A stretch of DNA of 64,000 bases from Antechinus flavipes. Lineage: Eukaryota. Both the position numbers and the translations under genes were made by a program. The stretch spans positions 377,022,001 to 377,086,000 of the forward strand of contig NC_067401.1 in NCBI RefSeq assembly GCF_016432865.1, given 5' to 3'. The notes below the pieces were generated by a model, which saw only the letters and a program-made list of their open reading frames with translations, was not told where the DNA came from and did no database searches. Of the stretch, positions 35,301 through 48,873 are shown in pieces; position 1 is the stretch's first letter; the number at the start of each line of letters is the position of its first letter.

Positions 35301-38300
35301 TGCCCATTTTTTTTTTTTTGTCCTGGTATAAACATTAAAAGATGCGAGAAGCTTTCTAATTCATTTTGGACACCAGAGTCCCAGTTTCCGTCTAACACAG
35401 TAGTGTTATGCTTCTATTAGTTTACTATTCCCCTTAAGCAGTACATAAAGAAAAATAGCCTAATCAAATTCTCAGCTTATCCGTGACTGATAACTGCATC
35501 AATTTACATCTAATAATAATTTTATTTGTCACAGGGTCAGTAAGTAGAAGGGCCAGTCTTTCAGAAAAAAAATTCTCCAATGCTGTACACATGTATGCTG
35601 AATCCTAATGATGAATCCTAAGAGAGAACACAAGAACATGCACAGAACAAGTATGCAAAAGTACCAAGCTACGCATGAATGCTCCCCAAAATTTGTTCAT
35701 GTTGTGTAGTGAGGACATGAAACTGAGGATTACAGAAATTGTTAATGTGGACCCAAATGACACAAGCTTCATTAGTCACTAAATATATCATGTGATTGAA
35801 ATTCTTTTTAGTTGTGTTGATTTTGGAGATTTTTACAGTAAAAAGGGAGGCCAAAGAGCCTCTATTATTACTCTAAGTAACCCTGAGCTGCTCAGGGAAC
35901 CCCGATTTTATTTGTCCATAGTGGAGCTTTAGAGATGGAAGAATGGGTTTTTTTGAAATTAATCAATAAATATATAGTGAGCCTTACTCTGTGTCTAGAA
36001 CTTTTGAAACAATGGTTTGTAAGAGAAATATGTTGCCCTCAAACTACGTTAGAATTTTAGAATTAGGAAGGTCTTTAAAGATGAACAAGTCATTTTTATA
36101 TTGATTTGGGCCTGTGTGACATATGTACTCAGGGAAAGGAAAACTTTTGAAAACCTTCTGTACTGGTGAGAAATTCCTAATCACATTAGCCTGCTCTAGT
36201 CTCAGACTCCAGGCTTAGCTTATTCAATCTCTTCTTCTAAGTCACTAGTTAGAGAACTAATAGCAAAGTCCTTCTTGAACTAAAAACTTTTAAATGTTGA
36301 GGGCCCAGGGTCTTCACTTCGATGAAGAAAAGTAAATACTGCTTGGAAAAATTCAAGTTATTGTTTTGTGTGTGTATCTAAAATTATGTGACAAATAAGC
36401 AGTATATATTAAAAAAACAACTTTAATCTGGTTTAATAAATTTGATTTGAACTCAAGGTGGTAAAGGATGTTAAACTCCAAATCAAATTTTTCTAGTGAG
36501 AAAGCATATAAATAGATATCAATGAAAATGCTTAAAGAAGAAAAATGAGCATATTCCAACTCTTAGGGAACAGAGATGAAACTATAGCCTAAACCAGAGT
36601 TAGTTCAGTATTTTCACAACTATTCTATAAGCATAAGTAAGAAAAAAAAAAAAAGGAAGAATTTCTCAGGATAGGATTCTCAGACTCAGAGTTTTTGCTT
36701 GACAAACACAGCAATATGAATGCCCAGATGGCACATAAGATAAGAGACAGGAGGTCCTGCTACTATTTAATTTTTTAAAAGATTATTACAATTCTCCTCT
36801 TTAAGAGGTCATCCTTATTACCTGCATGGTAAAAAAAAAAAAAAAGGTGGGGGGGGGGGATAGTGTAGTTTGTTATGAAAATAGCTTTTAGAATGATTCT
36901 CCTGCTATTTCTGCAGCTTGAAAAATGTGACCTTGTCATACAACTTGCCTTCTGGATGAATATCTTCTGAGATCCTTTCTCTGTCTCATATTCATCATCT
37001 TAAAAGCAGCACAGTGAAGAAATATTTGAACAATAATCTAAAGGTAATTTTCAAGATTCATAAAACCACCATAATAGGATTTATTTATTAGTCTGGGGAA
37101 TATCTTGACAAAGGTTTATGTTGAATTAGGGTAGTCCTCCGAAATATATAGGTACCCAAATAAATGCCCCTCATTTTTTTTTTCATTTCACATCTCTCTT
37201 TTTTTAAGGAAAGGGAAAAAACCCTAACACTACTAAACCTAGTTTAAACACCTCACTCATTTAATAACACACATAAAACTTCTTTCATTAAAATGCTAGC
37301 CTAAGATCATTGAAATAATGCTCTTCCTAGTCAGTAATTTTTTTCTTTGAAGAGAAATTCAATTCTATCCTTCACACCTGGGCAATGAATTTTTTTCTGA
37401 AGAGTGAAGTGGGAGAGGCAAAAGCAGCTATATATATTCCATGTACTCGAAGGGGAAAATGTCTATTTCTTTCCCCTTCTATGTTTTAGATTTCATCTCA
37501 TAAGCAAAGTGCTCTATTAGCATGCTGTTCTCAGAGGCCTGTCTGAAATACGGGATTCTGCTGCCAGATAGTTTTTTCTTGTACATGTTTTTCACATGTT
37601 GAAAAATACTACACGAGGAAGGGGGACAGAAGGCATCTTATAAAACATTAGATTGGAGAGATAGCCATTCCTATCATAATTCCTTTAGGACATGGTTAAT
37701 AGAGACCCTTTCTTGAGTACCACAAACTATTTTATGCCCCCCTTTCCTGTTTAAATTCTCAATGTTGGTTTATAAAAATTGGCCTGTCATTCTATGGGGA
37801 AAGAAATCTGATCTTGGAAAGTTAATAAAAACCCTAGATACTTAAAAAGTGTCATGGATAAATTAAATTTAAATACTATAAATAACGCATTTTCAATCCA
37901 TAATCGTAAATTAAAGATAAACTCAAATATTCTCCTATTCCAAACATCTCTTTCATCCCTTAACTTTTTCTCGTTCATGTACAGTGTTGATATACTAATG
38001 AATTATTTCACAATCTGTGACACAAGAACAATTTGTGTCATAGTAAAGAATTTGACAAATCTTATTGTTATCATCCTCATTATCATCATCTTTTTCATGG
38101 TTCTATGTTTCTCTCTAATGTCTCCTTTTTTGGAAGTTCAATGGCAGAAATGAATGTCACATGTTTTATGCCCACATTGAGTACCTATGATTTTGGTGTC
38201 TTTCTTTTGATTGTCATAAACTGTTTTTAAATTTTATTTCCTACAGAGTTTAACAACATACTTGGTCTTGTGCTCAGAAATATTTCCTGTGATGATGACA

Positions 38301-41300
38301 ATGATAACAACCATCTTCAGCATAGGTCATCTAGCTTAAGGATAGTAGTGAATGACAAAGGAAGTGAGAAAAAAAGGAAGTTTTTAAAAATCACAATTTT
38401 GGGGAACAATAAGAGAGTTTTAACTTGGAAACTGCCTGAACATAAACTGCTTAGTTTATGTAGTCATTTGTCAATTGAATGCAAAGATATTTTTGGTCCT
38501 TCTATTCATATACCTGTGGAATGTTGTAGAGAAGCCTTTTGGATATGACTTTTTTTTTTTTTTACAGCATCTGAAATTCAGATCCACTAATTATCTGACT
38601 ATATAAATTCACATGTTTCCAAGGTCACACATAAGACTCAAAGGTTAATTTGCTTTTCTTAAAGAATTCTGTTTTCCTTTTGACTGACTTTTCCAACTTC
38701 ACTTCTGCTTTCTATATTGGAGATAGATCACCTAGCAACATTATTTCCAATTTACTATAAACATTCTGACTATTTTACAAATGAGGGCCATAAGAATTTC
38801 ATTTAGTCTAGAAACTAGTTCCAATGCTAGCCAAACTAGCCAAAGGTGCATCTATCCTATTTATCTGTTTGGTGAATGCCCAGGTAGGCTGCCATCTTAG
38901 CCATTATTTTAATACTATGAAACATTCTGTTACTATAATCATATCCGAATGCCTAATGTATGGACTCTAATATAATGTGCAAATAAAATTTCATGGAAAA
39001 TATGAATAGCAGTAAAGAATTAAGATTAAGCAAGAAGATTTTTGAGATCAATATTGCCCCAATATTCTTTACTGATTTGAAGTATACCTTCTGTTTCTTG
39101 GGTACTAAGAAACCACTATGTTTTAGAGCTCATTTGGTTCATAAATAAAAGCTGTAATTGCAGGAGCAGAAGCTCACATACCACTTAATTGCCATATATG
39201 GCCTTTTTTATTTTATTACAAAACTTAGGGTTTTTTTTTAAACAGAATAGTAAAAAGTTAGGCTTTCTTTTTCAAATTTCTAAAGCCATACTTACTGCCC
39301 ATCAGCAGGCCCCTATTTGCAGTAATTACTAGAATATAAAAATTTGCCTTAAAGCTTTCATGAAAATTAAAGCACAAAAAACCCAGCAATACTATCTGAT
39401 ATATTAAATCTGGTATAGTAAAAGGGGTCTCTTGAGCCCTATTTAAGCCTTTTTTCTAAGAAAAAAGACAATCTTTTTAGAAGTAATTACTTCAAGAACC
39501 AATACTATTTTTGTCAATCCACAGGATAAGATATGTATATTGCTGTCTTTCTCTCCTTCTCCCCCTTCCTTCCTCCCTCCCCCGCTCCCCCTTCTCTCTC
39601 TCTCTGTTTACTTGAAGAAGCAAAGAAGTACAGAATGGGAATGATAATCATTAACTAGATTATGATTATTCTGAGTTAAATAGACAAAGAAGAAAAAGAA
39701 TTTTCTAACTTCAACACTTCCAGAATTATGACACCCTCACTTTTATATAATCTAGAGATTAATCTTATGTTATTTTTTTTTTTTTTACAGCATCTGAAAT
39801 TCAGATCCACTAATTATCTGACTATATAAATTCACATGTTTCCAAGGTCACACATAAGACTCAAAGGTTAATTTGCTTTTCTTAAAGAATTCTGTTTTCC
39901 TTTTGACTGACTTTTCCAACTTCACTTCTGCTTTCTATATTGGAGATAGATCACCTAGCAACATTATTTCCAATTTACTATAAACATTCTGACTATTTTA
40001 CAAATGAGGGCCATAAGAATTTCATTTAGTCTAGAAACTAGTTCCAATGCTAGCCAAACTAGCCAAAGGTGCATCTATCCTATTTATCTGTTTGGTGAAT
40101 GCCCAGGTAGGCTGCCATCTTAGCCATTATTTTAATACTATGAAACATTCTGTTACTATAATCATATCCGAATGCCTAATGTATGGACTCTAATATAATG
40201 TGCAAATAAAATTTCATGGAAAATATGAATAGCAGTAAAGAATTAAGATTAAGCAAGAAGATTTTTGAGATCAATATTGCCCCAATATTCTTTACTGATT
40301 TGAAGTATACCTTCTGTTTCTTGGGTACTAAGAAACCACTATGTTTTAGAGCTCATTTGGTTCATAAATAAAAGCTGTAATTGCAGGAGCAGAAGCTCAC
40401 ATACCACTTAATTGCCATATATGGCCTTTTTTATTTTATTACAAAACTTAGGGTTTTTTTTTAAACAGAATAGTAAAAAGTTAGGCTTTCTTTTTCAAAT
40501 TTCTAAAGCCATACTTACTGCCCATCAGCAGGCCCTATTTGCAGTAATTACTAGAATATAAAAATTTGCCTTAAAGCTTTCATGAAAATTAAAGCACAAA
40601 AAACCCAGCAATACTATCTGATATATTAAATCTGGTATAGTAAAAGGGGTCTCTTGAGCCCTATTTAAGCCTTTTTTCTAAGAAAAAAGACAATCTTTTT
40701 AGAAGTAATTACTTCAAGAACCAATACTATTTTTGTCAATCCACAGGATAAGATATGTATATTGCTGTCTTTCTCTCCTTCTCCCCCTTCCTTCCTCCCT
40801 CCCCCGCTCCCCTTTCTCTTTCTCTCTGTTTACTTGAAGAAGCAAAGAAGTACAGAATGGGAATGATAATCATTAACTAGGTTATGATTATTCTGAGTTA
40901 AATAGACAAAGAAGAAAAAGAATTTTCTAACTTCAACACTTCCAGAATTATGACACCCTCACTTTTATATAATCTAGAGATTAATCTTATGTTATTTTTT
41001 TTCTTTTTTAGTACATGGGAGTAGGGACTTCATCTAACATTTTCAACTTCCTATTTAATATTTAGATCTGTAGGCTTCTGTTTAGAATTTGCTTGGGATA
41101 GCCTGAAACATATCTAATCTCTCTGGGTTTTGTCTGAAATGGGCAAATTTAACTAACAGCTGGCTAGTGGATTGCTTACTCAAGGATAAAATAACAAGGA
41201 AATCTTGTGTTTGGGTAAGGCTTAATATGGCTACAAATAAGGTAGATACCTCTTTTTATTAGGGGCATTCTAGTTAACATTAACATAACCAATCTTTTCA

Positions 41301-43371
41301 AAACTAATATACTTAAAATGTCAAAATCCTAGATATGATTTCTTTTCAAAACTTTCTTGTACACTATTGCTGATCTTGCTTAAATCATATATTATGTCTT
41401 ATGATGCACATATGATTGTAGACTAACTCATTTATAAAAATTCTGGAAAAAGCTCATGAAAGAATGAATTTCCCCATATGCATAATATGCATTCATAAAT
41501 TTTGGTTTAACCTAATAATAATTTTTCTTATAATTCATATAGGTGAATTATTGAACTGCCATTTCTAAACTTAATTTAATTGAACTAAAAGGTAATAATC
41601 AAAGTTTGCTAAATTTAGGAATTAGTTGAACAATCTTTCTATAAACTCAAATTCAAATGATATTTTTTTATGAGGATGTTTTGCTATTATGTGTTTGTAC
41701 TTCAAAGTACACTGTGAATCTCTTGAAAACCATACGCTACTTTACAATAATTAGTAAACAAATAATTATTTGTTCTACTTGACCCAGAAAGGAGAAAGGG
41801 CAAAGGAAAAGAATTTTGTACATATATAAAATTGACAACATTTATGAGCAAAGTTATAGACAGCAAACAGGAGAAGCAAAATAGGACAATACTCAATGCT
41901 ACTTACAACCAAAGTTGCTAAATTTTTAAAAATCAACCCAAATGGACCTCCTTTGTCATTTTAAAAATTAGCACATAATATATAACTTTACATAGTCCAG
42001 AGGAAAAAAGATCTTATGACACTGTTCTGAGGAAACCTTACATCTATAAAAATTGAAGGCCTAATTTTGCAAATACAGCTTTCTCAAGTTGTATGAGCAA
42101 ATTTAACAGACATGAAAGGCACAGGATGATATTAATTACGTTGAAGAACGTATTTGTAAATTTCATAAAAATTATTCACATCACTAGAAGCATCAGAAGG
42201 AGTCTCAGAACTGTCTTTAACATGAGGTCCTGACTGAATCTGAGACAGGGATAGTCTTTGTATCACAGGTTTAGTATCTGAAGGTAAGACTGAACACTTA
42301 AGAGAGCAGCTTCTTTCTTAATATGAATACTTATTTTGCTAAAAAAAACAAAACAAAAAAAAAAAACAATGCTTGTGGTTAAATTCTAGTACCAGGCAGT
42401 TAAAACTTCACACTGGATTTTTTTTTCAGCAGCTAACTCACTATACTTTATTGTTTTAAAAATATATTCTTCACAATACTGGCATTTAAAATAAATTAAT
42501 ATCAATTATTGAAAGAATTTTAAAAGTCAAGTCCTGCTCTATGAGCTTCCTATGTTGGAATACGTGAATATAGGAAGTGCTTTCAACAGAAAGTTACATA
42601 ATTCTACAGTACAACCTGTCTAAGAAGGCTTGCAAGGGACCAGTACAGTGACTTGGTCTCTTTGGGTTAAGCAGAAGCACAGGCAAGGGGAAAAATGACT
42701 TGGGTCCAAGTGGAACTTGTCCCCATGATATGTTGAAGAACTGTCTTCTTTTGTCAAAGTATACCTGCTTCCACTTAGACGTAATGCTATTGAGATGTGT
42801 AACAGAGAAATGAAGCATAATAACCTATACAAAGAGAAAAAAATGAAACAAAATGTTTTTCAATGTGATTGAAATTTTGCTAATAAAGCTGATTTAAGTT
42901 TCTTTCAAACTGACCACAAGTTATTCATCACTAACAGTATATGTTGATTGGTCAAGAAATATTTTATGGAGAACCTCTAGAACAGTGCCAATATTCTTAC
43001 AGTACTGAAAGCAAAATTCTCCATTTTTTATCATTGAAAATTCTGATTTTTAATGAAATAGCTAGCTCTTTAGCTAAAAATGAAATTATTGTAAAAACCA
43101 ACATCATATGATTAAACTTCTGAAGAGTTGCTAGCTTGACCACAATCATATAAGTTTCTCATATTCCATAATAATTTCCACCAGAGATAAAGTCAATGAA
43201 AAGATGTCGTATTAGCTGTTCTGTTCCATAGCACTTAGTGCATGTTTTAAGGTGGAATGTTGAATCTGAAACTTCTGTGAACTGCTCTCCTGGTAGTGGC
43301 TAAGTAAAAACAATCTTTTTGGAGCCAGAAATGAGGCTATATTGAGTTGTAATTGCCTGTGGCTCTGTCCA
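32400..43371 (-). other. SYT14: Probable long 3' UTR or downstream transcribed region of SYT14 (left boundary uncertain)
   Basis: About 11 kb directly after the stop codon is almost free of recognisable SINE/LINE copies, unlike the flanks. No definite poly(A) site was identified. Confidence 0.45.
38551..41002. repeat. Tandem duplication, 2 x ~1223 bp, joined in a poly-T tract
   Basis: acagcatctgaaattc starts at both 38564 and 39787. About 3 differences were seen between the copies. Confidence 0.95.
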
Positions 43372-43685
43372 TCATGACTCTAATAATGAGTGCCATCTAC
43401 ATACTTGTTGTCCTTTGGATTCCTTCATTTCAGTCCAGTGATTGAGCTCTTCTTCTCCTGAGCTGTTGAGACCTAGAGAAATCCAGCCTATCATCTCTTT
43501 TCGTTTCATGCTGCGTTTGTTATACACGGACAGTATAAGGGTCACATCTGAAAGCTGAAACAGTGCCACTTGAAAGACAAAAGTTTCCTTGTATATGGGA
43601 TTTGGCTGCCCTCTGCGAATGGATGTCTTGCATTTGGACATCTCTTGACCCATGGAATTCAGAAGAGTTAACTTAACATATGTAT
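43372..43685 (-). CDS. SYT14: Synaptotagmin-14 terminal coding exon (C-terminal part of C2B domain)
   Basis: Translates [103 protein letters not shown]. Acceptor is a polypyrimidine tract plus AG (+ strand ct at 43686-43687). Phase 1 matches the upstream exon (A|AT = Asn). TGA stop at 43374-43372. Confidence 0.96.
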
Positions 43686-44870
43686 CTATGGGAGAAAAAA
43701 AAGCACAAAATTTTTTTTGGAACATAAACTCAAAAAAGAAAATTTAAGATTTGCTAAGATGATTTATATATTAACATTCTCTAAGGATATGGCGTATACC
43801 ATATTAACTGAAGAAAGTTCAATCAATTCCACTTAAACACAAATATTGTATATTGTAAATATAAATAGGAAACTAAGAAGGTAAAATAATTTTGGTGCAA
43901 TGATGACATAACCTCACTATGTCTACATAGTAACAGTAGTACCTTAGTTAGAAATTTTACTTAAAGGTATACCTCATAATCCTTTCTCTTCCCTTTCTTT
44001 CCCACCACCACCCCTGCCACCTCTACCACCCCCATTTAGTTTTACTAAGCAGGATTCCATAGCATTATTAAACATTTAGCAAGCTCGAATTAGCCACAAC
44101 ACTATAAAGCATTCCACTATGCTTTTAGAGAATAAGAATAAATAAACAAGTGGGAATGAAGGCAACTAATGAAAAGGAGGAGAGGAACAACATATAAGTG
44201 CAAAGGAGACATCAAAACAGCTCAGGATGAAATGCCAAAAAAATCTCTGCATGGATGTGGTTTTTTATTTTTATTTTGTACAAAACATTTAAAGACCAAA
44301 ATGAAGCCAAATGCATTAGGTGTTCAAAGTTTAGAAAACCAAGTAAAATGTCCTTTTCCTTATTTTCATGCAAGAATACATTTAATGTGCTTTTTGGGGA
44401 AAAATAAAATAAATGCTATAGGATTTTTTTCACAACCAAATGTGAAATTTTGAGATGTCAGCTAATATTTTTATGAAATATAAAAAAAAACTGATGCAAT
44501 GTATAGTGTATAAGATGAATTTTTACTTATGCATTGCTTTCTATCACTTGGGTGATAAACCTCTTTTCTAGTTCTTTTGACCCATGCAAATGGTATATAG
44601 CATATTGCTCCATCATATATATACATAAATATATTTTATGATAGAATTTTAATTAACATGAAAGAAAATTGACATGCTTCTTAACAAAAACGTGAAACGT
44701 CATTTTCTGCTGTATGAATCAAAATAAAATTATTGGAACATTAAAGTTATTCGCAAACTTTGGAAAAAGAAGCTCTTCACATATTTGTAACTTTGTAGGG
44801 GCTCTGAATACCATCATCCATAATCAGAGATAAGTCTACAGTTAGTTGTACTTAATAGTACCACAGATAG

Positions 44871-45123
44871 NNNNNNNNNNNNNNNNNNNNNNNNNNNNNN
44901 NNNNNNNNNNNNNNNNNNNNNNNNNNNNNNNNNNNNNNNNNNNNNNNNNNNNNNNNNNNNNNNNNNNNNNNNNNNNNNNNNNNNNNNNNNNNNNNNNNNN
45001 NNNNNNNNNNNNNNNNNNNNNNNNNNNNNNNNNNNNNNNNNNNNNNNNNNNNNNNNNNNNNNNNNNNNNNNNNNNNNNNNNNNNNNNNNNNNNNNNNNNN
45101 NNNNNNNNNNNNNNNNNNNNNNN
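44871..45123. other. Assembly gap (253 N)
   Basis: Run of N. Confidence 1.
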
Positions 45124-47326
45124 GGTTAAAGTTAAAGAGGAAACACTGTTTACTGGAGTGGAAGAACACAAAGTTTTAGCAGTTTAGTTCAGATAGAGGA
45201 TTGAACAAAAGGGCTGCTGGGTAAATTTCATGGAATGAAAAAATTTTAAAGGCCTTTGTGTAATCTTTAGCAAAAAATTACACTGTTTTAAAAAGGGACA
45301 TCTTTGTAACAATCTCTACTTGGTCTAAAGCACATTGAACATAGAAAGAATCATGCAAATGATCAGGCTATAAAAGACTAAAGAAGGGTAATATAGAATA
45401 CTTTTTTGTTATTTTACTACACCTTAATCTTATTCATGCAATATCTAGCATAAAAATACTGACATTATTTCAATATAAAATATAATTAAATTGTTTGAAA
45501 TGAAAATGATTCAAAGTTAAAAGTCAACTCTAAAATTATAACTTTTGCTCTTAAATGTTAATATTGTTAGTTTGGATATAATTTGATCATTCCAAACATT
45601 ATTTAATCTAAAACTTAGACCTAATTATTTATGAAGTACCTATAAATTTTTTTAAATTGCAGGGAATATCCTAAGAAAAACAAGTCTTTTAGTTAAATTA
45701 TAATTAATATTTTTATCATTTAAAAAAAAGACAAATTGCATGTAGCTTACCAGTCTATTGTCAGTCATCATTATCAATCGATTTTAACACTACTGGACTA
45801 ATTCTAAAATATTAGTAATGTAACAAAAGTCTCCTTAACCTGAAAACTCTAGCCATTCTATATTTTGCAAGTTTCTATTAATAATTAAACACACTGATTA
45901 TTTCATCAATAAATCCAAAGTATAATCAACTACAGATTAATTAATTTATTTTGTGTATTAGATAAGCTAGCTAATTCTTTTTCTTTGTTGGTCCCTTGAG
46001 TTTAGGCCAATGCAGTGCTATAAGAGTATTATGACCAAAAAATAGTTAGAGGAAAAATGGAAAGGTCAATACACATGATTATTCTACTGCAGTATAGCCC
46101 ACCTAATTAAAGATTTAGTTCTCAAACACATTAAACGTAAACTAAAATGTAGATTTCAGTTTTCCATGCCTTCCACCAAATTATACTAACATCAGTAATT
46201 AAGAGTTAACTACAATATGTAGTATTTACTCATGTGATTTCCTCCTTGTTCCTTGATATTTTCACTGCAAAATATGAAGGAGAAAGGTAAAAAAGAATAA
46301 AGGAAAAGGATATTAATAAAAGTATCTTAGTTCTTAACATTAGTGCTGACAAAACCTCATTCATCTTTAAGATTTTTTCATTCCCATTTTACATCATAAG
46401 TTGTAGCAAAGTTAACTGGAATCTATATCAAATATTTATGAAAAATTTCCAAGTGATTGAAGGGTTTTCTTTATATTTTAATATTTTCTTTTAAATTTTA
46501 GTTAGAGTTTTAGATACATTTGGACGAAAGGGAAAATGACTTGGAAGCATCTTAAGCCCTAGTTCACTGCTTATGATTTTCAGCAGAATTAGAAGCGCAG
46601 TTACAAAATCAGAAGCCCTTCCCTCCCAGTATCCCAGCCTAGGGAAGTTAGATGGGGAAATATAGATAAAGGTGGTGAGGAAGGAAGGGCAGCGAGGCAG
46701 GGGCAGGGCAAAGGCAGAGGCAGAGGAATAGTACCAACTAGTACTGATAGCTGACTGCTTTAATTTATCTGCCCTGGCAAGGATAAAGAACATGTACCTT
46801 AGAGAAGTGTCTGCTGGCAGCTATTTAAGAGTAGAAAAAAAAATGTAAAATGAAGGATAATTACCTAGGGAAAATAATCTCTTTTCAATATGTAGTAGTA
46901 AAAAAACATAGAGAGAAAATACATGAGTAAATACTATAGTACACTCAGAGCAATACAAGGATATCAGCCTATTATGTAAGAACAATACTTTTACATAGTT
47001 CTATTAACTATGATATACTTTAAAATGCTTTAATTTTTTTCTGGCATTAATATTTAATAGTTAAACATTATGATAAAGCTAATTTATTCAAGTTATCATA
47101 AAAAATTAAAAGTCTTGTCAACTCATAACTAATATTTTGAATTTTAGATTTATTTCCCAAATGATTAGAAATAGAAAACATGAAACAGATTAGTTGATGA
47201 TTGTATCATTTCATTTTTATTGGGTAGGTCTAAATGATAGGATTGAAGTCCCCAACACTGAGAATCCCACAAGTATAAAAAGTATTAGGAGTAAACAAAA
47301 ATTAAAAAAAAAAGATTTTCACTCAC

Positions 47327-47516
47327 TGGGTGGTCTGTTTGCTGCCAAGTTTTTGAAGTGGCTGCCTTTTATGACTTCTGCTGATAATCTGCCAGTTGTG
47401 GCATTATAAAGCAGGCCAATGAGGATTTCTGGAGTTGAGCCATGTTCTAGAGACTGACAAGAGGAGGTACTTTCACTACAGGACATTTCTGACATGCTCA
47501 TCTGGGAGCCACAGCC
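47327..47516 (-). CDS. SYT14: Synaptotagmin-14 penultimate coding exon (190 nt; linker and start of C2B)
   Basis: Translates [63 protein letters not shown]. Acceptor is ttttatgattccAG (ct at 47517-47518) and donor is GTGAGT (actcac at 47321-47326). Splices in frame to 43685. Confidence 0.94.
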
Positions 47517-48169
47517 CTGGAATCATAAAAAAAAATTAGAAATATTTTATGGAAAAGACATGTGAAGGGATACATTGTTAATACTATATCTGCTAGACTT
47601 GTATAGGTAACTATCAAGAACAGGCATTAAAGGACAATTCTTATCACTGCGCCAGAAAAGAGGTTACCAAAGAATGATTCCTTTGTATTCTTATTATACT
47701 TATAGGCAATATAATACTGTAATTATTTACTTTTACATATCATCTGAATTATGAACTTATTAATATATAGAGTTTCACTGAGATAAAACATAATATTCAA
47801 GCACTTGTTGACTCTGAGGCAATACCGTTAAATGAACACATCATGAGAAGAAAATCTCTTAGGATCTTTTACTTTAATTTAATTTTTGAAAGCCCCTGAT
47901 GGATTGAAATTTAACCAAATTATAATAGGTTTTTCTATATTATTTATCTTTATTTTCCCATGAATAAAAAAATCAAATGCTAATTCTTTATACTAATTTT
48001 ATACTAATCTTTATATTAATTTTCTGAAGCTAAAGAAGCAATAATTATAAAAAATCTAGTAGTTACAATTTGATATCTATTTTTATATTTGCATTCTAAA
48101 CAACATCTAATTGGTAATTAAATTGATCCACTGAATTAATTTTTTAAATAATGTTTTATTTTTCCAAAT

Positions 48170-48632
48170 ACATGCAAAGATAGTTTTCAATATTCATTTT
48201 TATAAAACCTTGTATTCCAAATTTTTCTTGTTCTCCCTCCTTCCTCCTCTCCAAGACAGCAAGCAGTCCTATATAGCTTAAACATGTGCAATTTTTCTAA
48301 ACCTAGTTCCATATTCTTCATGTTGTGCAAAATAAATCAGATCAAGAGGGAAAAAACCACAAGAAAGGAAAAAAAAACTAAGCAAACAAAAAACCAACAA
48401 TAAAAAGATCAAAATACTGTGTTTTTGATAAACTTCAGTCTCCATAGTTCTCTCTCTGGATGTGAATGGCACATTCCATCTATTGGAATAAGTCTATTGG
48501 AATTGCCTTGAATCACTACATTAATTGAAAAGAGCCAAATCTATCAGTTGATCATCACATAAACTTGCTGTTACTGTGCACAATGTTCTCTTGGTTATGC
48601 TCACTTCAGTCAGCATCAGTTCATAAAAGTCT
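48170..48632 (-). mobile_element. L1 3' fragment (repeated at ~51920-52382)
   Basis: 3' UTR motifs (atacatgcaaagatagttttca, ttgatcatcacataaacttgctgttactgtgcacaatg). Confidence 0.75.
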
Positions 48633-48873
48633 NNNNNNNNNNNNNNNNNNNNNNNNNNNNNNNNNNNNNNNNNNNNNNNNNNNNNNNNNNNNNNNNNNNN
48701 NNNNNNNNNNNNNNNNNNNNNNNNNNNNNNNNNNNNNNNNNNNNNNNNNNNNNNNNNNNNNNNNNNNNNNNNNNNNNNNNNNNNNNNNNNNNNNNNNNNN
48801 NNNNNNNNNNNNNNNNNNNNNNNNNNNNNNNNNNNNNNNNNNNNNNNNNNNNNNNNNNNNNNNNNNNNNNNNN
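48633..48873. other. Assembly gap (241 N)
   Basis: Run of N. Confidence 1.

Noticed and set aside
43686-43725. ORF-track N-terminal extension [14 protein letters not shown] of the SYT14 last exon
   Set aside because: This is intronic polypyrimidine tract and acceptor; the true exon starts at 43685.
46491-46793. 100-aa minus-strand ORF (and its copy at 50239-50541)
   Set aside because: Intronic, driven by a short GGCAG(A/G) repeat and unlike any known protein. Its recurrence is due to the block duplication.
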